Program-made: the position numbers and the translations under genes | From: Takakia lepidozioides | Lineage: Eukaryota > Plantae > Bryophyta | Length of the DNA stretch: 64,000 nucleotides | Reading direction: 5' to 3' | Assembly (NCBI GenBank): GCA_030704615.1 | Contig: CM060732.1 | Span: 67,642,001 to 67,706,000 of the forward strand | Shown here: piece by piece, positions 10,178 to 23,679 of the stretch | How positions within the stretch are numbered: position 1 is the stretch's first letter | Layout: every line of letters starts with the position of its first letter | The notes under the pieces: model-generated | The model's database searches: none | What the model saw: the letters and a program-made list of their open reading frames with translations, nothing else | What the model was told of the DNA's origin: nothing

Positions 10178-12663
10178 GCTCAAACAGTGTGCGTTGACGC
10201 ACACTGTTTGAGCCTTCCATTTTGCTTGCTTGTTGATGTGCCAAACGCCAATTGGGGGAACTAGGGCAGGTTCAATCCACCACGAATTGGAGCTCAAAAA
10301 GTGTGCGTTGACGCACACTATTTGAGCCCCGCATTTTACTTGGTTGATGGTGTGCAAAACGGCCAGATAGGGCCACTATGCCCGGTTCAATCCTCCACTA
10401 TTTGGAAGCTCAAACAGTGTGCGTTGACACACACTGTTTGAGCCCCCCTTATCACTGTTCTTCTCACAAAAAAATTACCCAGCCAGAGTATCTCTTTGAG
10501 GTTCAATCATCAATTTCCTGGTAGCTCCAGCAGTGTGTGTCAACTCACACTATTTGAGCCCACCTTGTCATTGTTTTTTTCATTTCAAAATCGGCCACAC
10601 AGGGCGTGTCTCTGAGGATCAATGAACACTTACCTGGTAGCTCAAACAGTGTGCGTTGGCGCACACTGTTTGAGCCCACCTTTTCATTGATTTTTCATCT
10701 GAAAAACCTCAACAAACGGCATGTATTTGAGGATCAATCATCACTTACATGGCAACTCAAACAGTGTGCGACAACGCACACTGTTTGAGCTCACCTTGTC
10801 ATTGCCTTTGTCATCTGAAAATCAGCCACATAGGGTATGTATTTGAGGATCAATCATCACTTACCTGGCAGCTCAAACAGTGTGCGTTAACGCACACTGT
10901 TTGAGCTAACCTTGTCATTGCCTTTTTCGTTTGAAAATCGGCCACATAGGGCATGTCTCTAAGGATCAATGAACACTTATCTGGCAGCTCAAACAGTGTG
11001 CGTTGGCGCACACTGTTTGAGCCCACCTTCTCATTGTTTTTTTCATCTCGAAATGGGCCACAAAGGACATGTATTTGATGATCAATGAACACTTACCTGG
11101 CAGCTCAAACAGTGTGCGTCAACGCACACTGTTTGAGCTCACCTTGTCATTGCCTTTTTCGTTTGAAAATCGGCCACATAGGGCATGTCTCTGAGGATCA
11201 ATGAACACTTATCGGGCAGCTCAAACAGTGTGGTTTGGCGCACACTGTTTGAGCCCACCTTCTCACTGTTTTTAGCATCTCGAAATGGGCCACAAAGGGC
11301 ATGTATTTGATGATCAATGAACACTTACCTGGCAGCTCAAACAGTGTGCGTCAACGCACACTGTTTGAGCTCACCTTGTCATTGCCTTTTACGTTTGAAA
11401 ATCGGCCACATAGGGCATGTCTCTGCGGATCAATGAACACTTATCTGGCAGCTCAAACAGTGTGCTTTGGTGAACACTGTTTGAGCCCACCTTCTCATTT
11501 TTTTTAGCATCTCAAAATGGGCCACAAAGGGCATGTATTTGATGATCAATGAACACTTACCTGGCAGCTCAAACAGTGTGCGTCAACGCACACTGTTTGA
11601 GCCCACCTTGTCACTGTTTTTTTCCTGTGAAATTCGGCAATACAGGGCATGTCTGTGAGGATCAATGAACACTTACCTGGCAGCTCAGACAGTGTGCGTC
11701 AACGCACACTGTTTGAGCTCACATTTTCTTATTTTTTTTCATCTTAAATTTGACCACAAAGGGCATGTTTTTGAGGATCAATGAACTACCTGGAAGCTCA
11801 AACACTATGCGTCAACGCACACTGTTTGAGCCCACCTCCACATTGTTTTTTCGTTTCAAAATCGGCCACACAGGGAATGTAACTGAGGATCAATGAACAC
11901 TTACCTAGCAGCTCAAACAGTGTGCGTTGGTGCACACTGTTTGAGCTCACCTTCTCATTATTTTCTCATCTGAGAAAAGGCCACAAAGGGCATGTATTTG
12001 ATGATCAATCATCATATACCTGGCAGCTCAAACAGTGTGCGTCAACGCACACTGTTTGAACTCACCTTGTCATTGCCTTTGTCATCTGAAAATCGGCCAC
12101 ATAGGGTATGTATTTGAGGATCAATCATCACTTACCTGGCAGCTCAAACAGTGTGCGTCAACGCACACTGTTTAAGCCCACCTTGTCACCGGTTTTTTCC
12201 TGTGAAATTCGGCAATACAAGGCATGTCTCTGAGGATCAATGAACACTTACCTGGCAGCTCAAACAGTGTGCGTCAACGCACACTGTTTGAGCTCACATT
12301 TTCTTTGTTTTTTTCATCTGAAAATCGGCCACTAAGGGCATGTCTTTGAGGGTCAATGAACACTTACCTGGCATGTCTCTCAGGTTCAATGAACACTTAC
12401 CTGGCAGCTCAAACAGTGTGCGTCAACGCACACTGTTTGAGCCCACCTTGTCATTGTTTTTTTCTTGTGAAATTCGGCATCATGGGGCATGTCTTTGAGG
12501 TTCAATGCACACTTACCAGGCAGCTCAAATAGTGTGCGTCAACGTACATTGTTTGAGCCCACCTTGTCATTGTTTTTTTCATTTGAATAGGGCCAAATAT
12601 CATGTTCAAAACACTTGAATTTGGAAGCTGAAACATTGTGCGGCAACGCACGGTGTTTTCGGC
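10178..12663. repeat. Tandem array, ~22 units of ~116 bp, each with a 36-bp palindrome GCTCAAACAGTGTGCGT(CA/TG)ACGCACACTGTTTGAGC
   Basis: Palindromes at about 10178, 10293, 10408, 10524, 10640 ... 12407, 12523 and a degenerate one at 12628. The intervening sequence is also repeated. Confidence 0.95.
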
Positions 12664-12779
12664 CCCCACAATGTTTGTTTTCTGGTGAGAAATTTGGCCA
12701 CACATGGCCTGTCTGCCATGCTCAAACACCGTCGTTTCATGCCTCTCTCTTATATCAATTTGAATGAACAACCCTGCAG

Positions 12780-13130
12780 GAGAAGATGCAAAGTGTGGCG
12801 GAGGAGATCCCTTCGGGGCTGGGGAAGGAGATCATTGTTGATGTGGACGATGAGTTCTATGAAAGCAAAGCTGCTGAGATGCTGGGGGGTAAGAAGGTAA
12901 ACTCTCAGCTTGTGGTGCAAAGTATGCTTGCCCCGGGTGGGAGGTTGAAGATTCCCCTGTGTAGGTTGGTTTCCATGCCCGTCGTTCGTCCACCCCTCAT
13001 CAAGGACATCCTGAAGCTGGAGGCCGAGTTTGTTCATGGGTATTTGGATGGATCCGCAGTGTTTTCCGTTTGTACTAGGGATTCCAGAGGCAATGAGCTC
13101 CTTGTGGATGAGTCAATCGTGGACTCCTAA
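12780..13130 (+). pseudogene. Truncated exon of a ParB/Srx-like gene (paralog of 43857-44464)
   Basis: KKVNSQLVVQSM...VRPPLIKDILKLEAEFVHGYLDGSAVF aligns with LKVNSKKVIHSM...VRPALHHDIKKLQGDFIHGYLKGSAVF. Preceded by a CCCTGCAG acceptor-like site. Confidence 0.75.
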
Positions 13131-14219
13131 TGATTTTCTAGAAAAAAAATAGGTGCAGTGAAATAGGTTTGGATAAATTTTTACTTTTTTTATTTTTGGG
13201 GGTTTTTTAGGAAACACCAGCCCTAGCCGGTGGGCCTTGAGGGAAAACTAAACCCCGTAACAGGGCCATGAAGGCAACAAGGGCAGAGTCCCAGTTTGAA
13301 GCAGAAAGACAGCTTACTGGGTTTGAACCCCACACCCAGTGGTCAATGCTTTGGGTACACGCTTACCATGGGGTAATTCAAATGTTGTTTAAAGAATCAT
13401 TTAAAAAAATTCGTGACAGGAGTGGCTATATAATTCAATGTAGCATGTCATATGATACATTGATCTCTGCACATCTAAGAGCATCTCTAGTGGGCCCCTA
13501 TAAATAGCCCCGCTATTGTGGCATGTGGTACTGGCCCGATAGGTTCCTAAAACAAATAACGGCCAACTTCAATTTGGCCCACCCATTCCCATTAAACTGG
13601 CTCCTTATTGGTGCTCAGAGTTGTGCGCTTAAATATGGAAATGCAGCGAGGGCGGCGGCAACTTCAAACAACCTTGCAACAAGAACTCGAAGACAACGAT
13701 TACGAAGAATGTTTGTCAGCAATTCGATAAATCAACTTGGATATCGAACCTCTTCAAGTATGGTGGATGTAGGCCAGGGTGCGCATAAATCCTCACATTT
13801 GGATCTTGCTTGCTTTTCCCCAAATAGGTGACACCCGCGGAAATAGGCCCTGTATGCATGCTGACGTGGCGTGAGCCTGTGCTGGGCTCATGGTTTCCTA
13901 TGCTCACAGGCTCACGGAATAGCACCCCCCCCCCCCCCCAAGTATGAATAAAACAAAAAAAAAACGTAGCATGAACAACCATTGGAAAAAAAACCCAGGC
14001 CAAAAGCCTTGAAAAAAACCCTAGCAACCTATGATGCAGCAACCACTCTAGCAAACGTGGAAAACACACTTACCCGCCTGTCACTCCTAGCTGACAACCG
14101 TGACACTGTAGGAGGGCACCCTGATAGTGTTTCCTACAAATTAATTAATCCATGCCACAAACAAACCCATGCCACAAGTCAGTAAGCAATGTGAGGGCTG
14201 ACTATATACACATAGCAAT

Positions 14220-15342
14220 TCAATGAGGAACAAAATACAGAGTCGCGATGATGCCACTTACCAAGCGTGCTTCCACCATTGCCTTCCCACCACGACTAGT
14301 CTTGGTAGGATTCTGAATTGCACCATTTGTCTTCTTCATGTTGCCCGACACTTTGTGGAACACCTCTGTCTGCCAGTAACTTACAAGCTTGTTCCATACC
14401 TTGTCAAATACAGTAAGGGGTTTCCCCTTACCACCCAACCACGCAGTGTGTGCTTCATAACGCTGGCTCTTCATTATTCTGCCAATTGTTTGTTTTAGGT
14501 GGAAGTCTTTTAACTTGTGTGGCGTATATAAAAATAGCTTAGTCAGGTGATCTCTGATTTCGTATACAACTTCATCAAGTTGGTTGTTGATGGCAAGGGA
14601 ACAATCTAGCTTGCAATAAGCCTGTCCTTTAAGGGCAGCGTGCCATACATTCCGGGTCTGACCATACGGGGCTCCTTTGAGGTTCGTCGCAATCACCGTG
14701 GGAGGAAGACCTGCAGCTATTCTCTCTTCCTTCACCTTGGCAGCTTCAATTTTGGCTGAGCTATTAGCCCTCCTTAAAGCATTGGTTCTATCATTCTGAA
14801 ACGTCACCCTCCCCTCCTTCAGAGACCTCCGTGCGCTCAGGAGAATTCAAAGCAGGATCATGCCAAGTAGGGACTGGTGGCCATGGCTGTTGGCTAGAAG
14901 GCCGAGGACCATACTGGCCATACTGTCCATAAGCAGGAGGATATTCTGGTGGCCTGCCACCCCCATAGCTATTAGGGGGTGGCAAATATGGTGGAGGAGG
15001 ATACTGGCCATACTGCCCATATGGAGGAGCACCATATTGACCCTGACCATACTGAGTGCCAGACTGTGGGTACTGAGGCATACCATAATAAGGTGGGGGT
15101 ACTGGTGGTACAGAACCCACAACGATGGGAGAGTTAGGGCCGCCTCCTGCGTTCTTGTGGGCGCCATCTCCATTGCTAGCAGCAGGGATCGTGGATCCAG
15201 TGCGCTTGTGCTTGCCCTGAAAAGAAATTCCCCCAGTACAATGTGGGTGATTACACATACATATAGGCAGCAAGCAGCAAATCCTTGAATTCAAGATAAC
15301 AAACTGGAAGCACATATCATTTGTAAAGACAAGATTATCCAA
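14220..15342 (-). pseudogene. En/Spm TnpA/Ptta-like (Transposase_24-like) accessory gene, frameshifted
   Basis: Pro/Tyr/Gly-rich N-terminus followed by KPLTVFDKVWNKLVSYWQTEVFHKVSGNMKK..SRGG, resembling the W..L..YW...S..NK..R..GG pattern. Adjacent to Tnp2. Confidence 0.55.
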
Positions 15343-16687
15343 AACTCAGTATGATCTTGGGCAGTAAATCTCCCAAATTTGATTGGCCCCAATGATGTCC
15401 TCCCAGTACATTTTTGAACCCTCTTAGGTATGGGGTATTCCTGAAATCCATAGCAAGAATTCAAATGGACAAACCTGATGGGTCCATGAGAAGTATCCCT
15501 CCAAGTTTTGGAGATATTCTGGGTGCATAAGTAACCCAAGTATCTCTATAAGTAGCCATTGTAGCTTAGTACCAGGATGTTGGTTTCATGGGGCAAAGAA
15601 TTTGAACACACCTGAAGTCTACATTGGCCTGACATCATGCCTTTGGCACTTCAACTTGTCTAGTGGAAATCATTTGTGATTGTGCCTTGGCTGACCCCTG
15701 CATTGTCCAACTTCCTTGTCTTGACAGACATACCCTATCTCTTCATGATCTTACCATACCCTATCTCTTCGTGATTTTACCAAAAACATACATAATTTGA
15801 ATCATGGTCATTGTGAAGAACTATAACTCACAGACGAAGAAGGTGTTCGTAGTGTAGATGATGGGCGTTTTTGTCCTGCAACATGAGCATGGGCATGTTC
15901 TCCTCGGCTTGCCGTGGCATCCGCCGACGACGCACTCGCCTCGCACTGGCGTGGAAGGAGTGGATCGTCCTCATTGTCCTCAGAAGAGCCCTCATGCAGA
16001 ATCGTAGTCTTCATCGTCTTTAGTCTGGCACTTTGCCTTGCAGGACCTTGATCCCTAGCTTTTTCCTTCGGAGCGCGTGGCTTGCGAGGGCGATTCGCTC
16101 CCGCAAGCCTGCACAAACACCTCCATGACCTCCCTCTCAAACAATCACAAACAAATGCAAGCATACATACCCTAATACTCTTAAGCCTACGCTGAACCAC
16201 AGCCGCACCCTACCAGGACGTAATGGCTGCCCACAAATGACGGCGGACATCTCCCGCCTAATGACACACCCTCCTCAAACCTAATCGTCACTCACTGCAT
16301 GTTGTTTGTCTCTCTGTTTGTACAAGTCGCAGCTACTCGCCCCCATTTGTGCTATGAAGCTTATGATCGTTGTAGGAAGGTTAGAGGATAAGGCGAATCG
16401 CAAGTTTAGTGGGTGGGTAACCAAAGTCAGGAACTAAACTCACCCATCTATCGACTACTTGAACGTTGCTTCCACCTCCTTTATGGTAGCAATCCGGCGC
16501 TCTCGGAACTTCTCGTACTCAGTGAGAGGGACTGTCACTTCGAAGACCTTCCGCTTCACCATGGACACTCAGAAATGATACTTATAGTATACTATAGATA
16601 TAGAAATAGCACATTGGCAGCTGGTGCAAAACAAGAGACAATGCACTGTGCGTAGCATGCAAAGAGGGAAGGGGTGACGTTCAAAGC

Positions 16688-19600
16688 ATGTACAGTGCAG
16701 GTGGTGACCGGATGCGTAGGCGTAGAATAGATGACCGTCTATGGCGAATGGAAGAAACTTATGCCACAATGAATGGGCATACAAAAATGCTATGCAACTG
16801 CGATGAGTGTCATGGAGGAAAAGTACTGTTGTTGGAAACAGTGAGGAATCATTACATGATACACGGGAGGGATCCTCTTCTCCGACGCTGTTCTCTTCCG
16901 GTACGATCGTCACTTTCCCTTCAGCACTTTAGTTTGAATTTTGAATGCAACGATCCTCTTTTCCACATGTCGACATTTCGTTGGGTGATTGTAGTCAAGA
17001 AGTCATAAGATACAGACGTGACTATGACTACGCCATTTCCGTTATCACTTTAATTAATGCACATGTCGTGTTTTCATTGGTCATGTGTAGTCATGTAGTC
17101 ATATATGACTAACTAAGTGACTGCAACTATGACTTCAATGGCTACAAATGTCGTGTTTTGATTGGGTGTATATTTATAAGATACATACGTAAATATGACT
17201 GCATCACTGCAACGTCACCGTGCCTCCTATGTCATAATATGAACAAGTGTCACATCGTTGTTGGTCCACTCACAAGATGACTATTGGGATGCAGGGATGT
17301 GAATATTCAGATGATGAAGACGAAGGCCCTGCGGCACAGCGGGAGCCCAATGTCACAGAGAACGCAGATGAGAGTGGTGGATTGGAGGTAGAAATGCAGC
17401 GTGCATTGCAGGAAGCGTTTCTCTTTGCAGATGCAAACAGAGAGGACCCCATTCATGGTGGAACCGATCACACATTTGCCGATCATGACGATGACCTCGA
17501 CGATTCCGGAGACAATGAATTTGATGAGAATGCTCACCTGCACGTTGATCCCGAGTATGATAAACTCTTCCGACAGTCGCAATGTCCACTTTTTGAAGGG
17601 TGCTCGATCAGCCGGCTGCAAGCAACTGAACGCATGCACTACCCACAAGTGCACCAATGCATTTGTGGATGAGCTTCTGGGATTGTTGCGTAAGAGTTTT
17701 TTGCCTAAAGAGAATTCATTGCCGAAAACTCACTATGAAGCAAAAACCATGATTGCCAAGATGGGATTGCAGTATACACCATGATTCATGCCTGTGAGCG
17801 TGGTTGTGTACTCTTCCGTGGGGAGTATGAGAATGTAGACATTTGCCCAGTGTGCCGCAGTTCCCGTTACATTCCAGGTCGTGGAAGTGTGCCCAAGAAA
17901 GTATTGCGACACTTCCCTGTCATTCCAAGGTTGAAACGTATGTACCGATGTAAATCGATCGCTAACCTCATGACATGGCACGACAGACATAAGAGCCAGG
18001 ATGGGTTGGTTCGACATCCAGCTGATAGCAAAGCATGGAGACACATTGACACCACATTTGAGGATTTTGCTGCAGAGCCACGATCTCTGCGATTTGGATT
18101 GGCCTTAGACGGTGTAAATCCCTACGGAGCTCAATCCACAAGTTGGAGCACATGGCCCGTTCTCTTGGTCAATTACAATCTGCCTCTGTGGTTAATGACC
18201 AAAAAGTTCTTTGTCATGTTAGCGCTACTGATTCCTGGTAAGGAGTCTGTTACCTCGGACAACGTAGATGTTTACCTGATGCCCCTAGTGGAAGAGCTAC
18301 TGGAACTATGGAGAGGGATTGCAGCTCATGATGTTCCTCGTGGTCAACGCGAATTCACACTGAGGGCAGTGTTGATGTGGTCAATCCATGACTACCTTGC
18401 ATATGGCTTGCTCTCAGGTCAAGTGACGAAAGGTTATGCTGGTTGTCCAGCTTGTGGACCCGGGGTGACTTCACAGCAGTTACACACATGTGGAAAAATT
18501 GTTTTCCTAGGCCACCGAAGATTTTTGGCCCGCAATCATCCATATAGAAGGTCAAGAATGTTCAATGGCGCTACTGAGCATGGAACTCCTCCAAAAACGC
18601 AGACTGGAACACAAATCAAGGAGCTTGCAACAGCTCGCACTGCATGGGTGGAAAACGGAGGGACGCCAGATAGCAGGACAGACCCAGCAAAAACTCATGG
18701 AGTTAAGCGATTGTCAATTTTATATGTCTTACCTTATTGGGAGGTAATTCCTTCATGGCCTTTAAATGGCTGTGTACATTTTTGCGTTTTCTGTTTAAAT
18801 TGTGATGAGTAAATGCTCAATTGCTTATGTGTTCATTTTGTAGGGTCTCCTCATCCGCCACACGTTTGACGCAATGCATTGCGAGAAGAACTTGGCTGAA
18901 AATATTATTAAAACTATCTTTGGTGAGAAAGACACATTGAAAGTTCGCCGTGATTTGGAGCTACTTGGGATGCGCCGGAATTGTGGCTACAACGTGATCC
19001 TGACAGAGCAGATACGTTAATTATGCCTCCTGCCCCTTATGTCCTCACTGAGGCTGAGTTACAAGTCTTTCTGGAGATTGTTGCAGGAAAGTGCCAACAG
19101 GCTACGCATCAGCTTTCAAAAAGCATGTGGTGAAGAAGAAGTTGTCTGGCATGAAATCACATGACTATCATGTGCTCATGCAGCAAATTATACCGCTTGC
19201 TATCCGTGGGCTCATGGCAAGTGGTCCTCGAAGGGCCATTTTGCGAGTATGTCGTGTATTTAAGAAGTTGTGTGCAAAAGTGGTGAATCCTGTAGAGTAT
19301 GAGGAATTGAGAACTGAAGCAGTTGTCACTCTGTGTCTTATAGAGAAGGAGTTCCCACCATCATTTTTTGATGTGATGACACATCTGGTTGTTCACCTAG
19401 TGGATGAGTTGTACTTATGCGGGCCCGTAGCATCTCGTTGGATGTACCCCATGGAGCGGGCAATGAAAGATATGAAGGGCTACGTAAGAAACATGGCAAG
19501 GCCCGAGGGGAGCATGGCAGAAGGATACCAATTTGAAGAAGCATTGGGTTTTTGCACAGAGTATATGGCAGGATTTGATGGAAGTGTACGAAGGGTGTGG

Positions 19601-20816
19601 GATGCAGATGAGGCAGAATCTGTGGAACGTGAAGTTGTGGAAGGAAGTTCTAAAGCCCGAAAATTGAATGACCTGTGTGATATTGTACATGAGTACATCA
19701 TTCAGAACCATCCTCGTCTGTCAGTCATGTTGGGGTAAGAAATCTACTTCATTGACATTCAGATTTCCAAGTTTTAGTCATTTATCATTAGTTGGCATAT
19801 GGCGTCTTTTCATATCTCCCACGCCACCTCTGTCAATCTCCTGGCTGACCCTCGGATTGTGACAGGATATATGAAGCAGAGTCCACACGGATAGAAGCCA
19901 GACGACGCTTGTTTCGTGAGGAGCAAGGGCTGGAAGGCATGAGCAATCCCACGGCAATTCAGTACCCTCCTGATTTGCATCCTTGTCCTCCATTTGCTGT
20001 TTGGCTCCCTCAAGGTGTACGGGATCATCTCTCAATTCAATCAGATGGGCTTGATCCTACAACACGTGAGGAATTACTGGATCTTTCAAGGCCTCCATCA
20101 TTTACTGCCCTGTCATTCAAGAGTATGACAGCGTATGGTAACCATTACAGGGTTACATCCCCCGGCATGAACACAACAAGTATGGTGTCTTTTGATTGTG
20201 GAGTCTCATCTGTTTTCCAGCACCAGCCATTACCAACAATTCAGGCAATGACATGGAGGAACCTACAAGATATGTGGGTCTTATAAGGGAGATTTTGCAA
20301 ATTGACTATGGCCAAACACAGCCTATAGTGTTTTTGTGTTCGTGGGTACGGGCGAGTCGCGTGGGTCGTCAACCTATGTCAATGAAGCAGGATGATGCTG
20401 GCTTCACACTGGTCAATTTTAACCGTATGCTTCCACCTTCTGAGCAACCTTTTGTGTTTCCTGGCCAGGTTGATCAAGTGTTTTTTTCTGATTGTGTGAA
20501 GGAGCGGGGTGAAAGTCGTCCTAGAGAAGAGCCCCGAGCACGTAGAGTGGTCTGCGACATATCAATTGATAATGATGATGTGGCGGAAGTGGAAGGATTG
20601 TTAGCCCCACAAAGACTAGAGGAGACTCTGGTTACTGATGGCCCAACATGCAGCCGAGCGGTACCGGTTACTCCAGAGCAGGTGGCCTCCTTGTACCTCC
20701 GAGCACCCCGTATACGTGGTGATGATGTTCAGCCAACCCTTGGACAAGATCAAGTCTGTGATGAAGACAGTGATACATGTAGTGACCCAGACATAGATGA
20801 GGATGATGAAGATTAG
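16688..20816 (+). pseudogene. CACTA (En/Spm) Tnp2/TnpD transposase, multi-exon, with frameshifts and stops
   Basis: Transposase-associated CNCDEC..VRNHY; IHACERGCVLFR; RHPADSKAWRHID; LALDGVNPY; DAMHCEKN; MKSHDYHVLMQ; FPPSFFDVMTHL; RWMYPMER; EQPFVFPGQVDQVFF. Confidence 0.92.
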
Positions 20817-21039
20817 ATATGCTAGATTTGTGCACTCCAGTTATAGACCATGCATGATAGTTTAAGGTGTAACACTCCCTTCGCATTCCCATTAAGATAT
20901 CATGCTTGGACAGTGGATTTTATGATCAATTATGGAGTGCTTTCCTTTCAGCACCCTTTATTCATTTGTTGTTGCAATTGGCTTTGGACCAACCCGTGCT
21001 GGTACCATTGCCATGGGTTCTGCCTGCAATGTTTTCTTG

Positions 21040-22360
21040 CCATGGATTCGGCACACGCCACGAAAGGCCATCCAGACCATCCTCTGGAAATGCTCCAATG
21101 TTGTTTCAAACATCTCCACATTGCAATGGATACAACACTGACATTAGATGAGTGAAAGTGAGACTAGACCTCCAGCCAGCCGGCTTTCCCACATCAAATT
21201 GAAGGGGATCTGTAGAGGATAGATAACGGCTGTTGCCTTCTCAATGTCTTTTCCAATCACCTCTGCAATGAACTGGGGTATAAGATCCTTCAAATCACAA
21301 GTTTGAGCATCACGCACAAGCCACTTACGGGGATAGAGTTTCCAATGCGAACCATTGGTCTTTTATTGATAGCATTGTTGTTGTAAAATACATGGACCAA
21401 CATGGTCATTTTTGGGAATGACATATAGTACGTTTCATGTACTATGTAAGCATGCAACTATGTACCAGTGACGTGGCTTGTTCGCCACTTAACCTGTTTG
21501 CCCATTCAGCCATCTCCACATTGCCATGGATTTTGCATGCTGGATTGTGAGGCCATCCACACCGTCCTCTGGAAATGCTATCATGGGGTTTCAGCTATGT
21601 CCACATTTCCCTGGATTATGCCTGCACGAAGCAAGGCCAACTGCATTCAGCACCCTCCACTTTATTATAGTATTGCAGCAACATTCAAAGCACTTCAATT
21701 TGTATCCATCGAGAACATCTAGGCTGGAAAAAGACATTGTTGCAGCAGAACTTAGGAAAGTACTTCTCCCTTCCACTACACACGTGAAATGAAAGAAGCC
21801 AACCAACAGCATACCAACCAAGAAAATATGAAACCAGCCAAGAAAAGAGCCAATATATGCAGTGAAGGTCGACACTAAATTTATCCAACACTTACATTAG
21901 AAGACAGAAGCTAAGTCTTACCTCCATAAGCTTGCCCACATCAAATTTGGGAGCTTTCAGAATTTTTCCTTTCCGGTTGAATGAACTTGGCTACAAGATC
22001 CTTCAAATCACAAGTTTGAGCTTCACACACAATGAACTTACAGGGATTGAGCTTCCAATGCGAACCAGAAGTCTTATATTGATAGCATTGTTGTAAAACA
22101 CATGGACCAACAATGACAGTCTCTGGAATGACATATAGTACAGTTTCTTGTAGTATGTCGCACACAACTATGTACCAGTGACGTGGCTTCTTTGCCACTT
22201 GCCTCCTTTGCCCATTCAGCCATCTCCACATTGCCACGGACTCTGCATGCACCACGCAAGGCCATCCACACCATCCTCTGCAAATGCTATAATCAGCCAT
22301 CTCCACATTGCAATGGATTTCGTCCGCACCAAGCAAGGCCAACTGCATTCAGCAGCCTCC
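21040..22360 (-). pseudogene. Captured PPR E-motif fragments interleaved with the RPS3a pieces
   Basis: VWMALRGACRVRGNVEMAEWA and LALLGADEIHCNVEMA, repeated. Same motif as the PPR pseudogene at ~58240-58310. Confidence 0.7.
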
Positions 22361-22885
22361 ACTTTATTATGGTATTGCAGCAGCAACATTGAAAGCACTT
22401 CAATTAATATCCAACAAGAACATGTAGGCTGGAAAACAAAAATTATTGCAGCAGAACTTACGTTCGTACTCCTCCCCTTCCACTACACACGGGCAATTTA
22501 ACCCCTGGTACCTCAACATGCTCCCCTTCAAGCTCTTCCAACTCACCAACATGTCGCTCTATCTTTGCTCCCACCTCCTCACTGTATGTGATCCCCATGA
22601 AAACAGCCAAGCAACAAGATACCAGCCAAGAGAAAACAGCCAATGTATGCAGTGAACGTCGACACTAAACTGAAACTATCCAGCATTAAATTAGAGGAGG
22701 GAAGCGAGTTCTACCTCCATAAGCTTGCCCACATCAACTGGGGCTTTCATAATATTTACTTTGTGGATGAAGGTGTTCTGTATAGGATACATACTGGCTG
22801 ATATCTTCTCAATGTCTTTTCCAATCACCTCTGGAATGAACTTGGCTATAAAAACCTTCAAATCACAAGTTTGAGCTTCATGCAC
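21205..22885 (-). pseudogene. RPS3A: Captured fragments of 40S ribosomal protein S3a (eS1), three degenerate copies
   Basis: EAQTCDLKxxxAKFIPEVIGKDIEK..YPIQNTFIHKVNIMKAP.DVGKLMEV (22715-22880) and last-exon-like YSEEVGAKIER (~22550-22600). Further pieces at ~21205-21320 and ~21920-22030. Confidence 0.8.
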
Positions 22886-23679
22886 AATGATCTCACTCAT
22901 CTTCCACCGAAGCAAGCCGAGACTTGTAACATTACTTACATCAGGCTGCATATCGCGAAAACTGGTGAAGGACCTGCATGGATGAAATACTGGCTGCATA
23001 CAATGTTTTGCAGTGTTCCTGACAAGCAACCACCATTGCAACCGTCATGTTCTATGGAAATTCTGTTCTCTGTCTCTATCTCTCTTTCCCACTCACACAT
23101 GAACCTCAGAAATGGACATCAAAGACTAAAAATGCCTTCATTATCCCAAAAACTATTGGCTGGTGTACTTGAGCTTCTATGATGGATCCACATGTATATG
23201 TCTTCAAATCCACGTGTACAATAAAGTCATATAAATGCCTTTTTAAAATGCCCAGTGTAGTGATGTAGTCATATAATAGAGTCATGAATCAAATGCAGAC
23301 AAACAGTCAAAGTTTAATGCCATGTCATGCTGTGGTTGAACTCGGCCAATGGATGAATACATTCGTGTATTTGCCTTCGAAATGACACGTGTAGCGATGT
23401 AGTCGTATAATTAGAGCTGTGTGAAACCAGTCCAGTAGGGAGTCATAAACATCCATAAACGTCGTCCACGTGTAGTCAAACATATCACACTAGTCATATA
23501 AACCATTCCGTCATTTTGTGGTCAACAATGTTTGACCAAAGCTTCCTAACTTTCCGGAGTCATGTAGTGATAAAACTATGACTGCAACGCATTTCAGCGC
23601 TCTGTAGTCATCTACCTAGTGCAGTTTTTATGACTCCGCCAAAGCCGTAGTCCTAAAAACGCTCATCTCTTGTAGTGAT

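Larger units (their letters stand above)
14220..23677 (+). mobile_element. CACTA DNA transposon (left end not located)
   Basis: Right terminus ...TCTTGTAGTG (reverse complement of CACTACAAGA) at 23668-23677, subterminal TGTAGTCAT-type repeats at 23220-23650, Tnp2 gene. Confidence 0.75.

Noticed and set aside
10178-12663. CRISPR array (36-bp palindromic repeats at regular spacing)
   Set aside because: The ~80-bp spacers are homologous to each other, no cas genes are present, and the context is eukaryotic.
13131-14219. Left CACTA terminus, or a tRNA-like B-box near 13320
   Set aside because: No CACTACAAGA found; no cloverleaf or A-box support.
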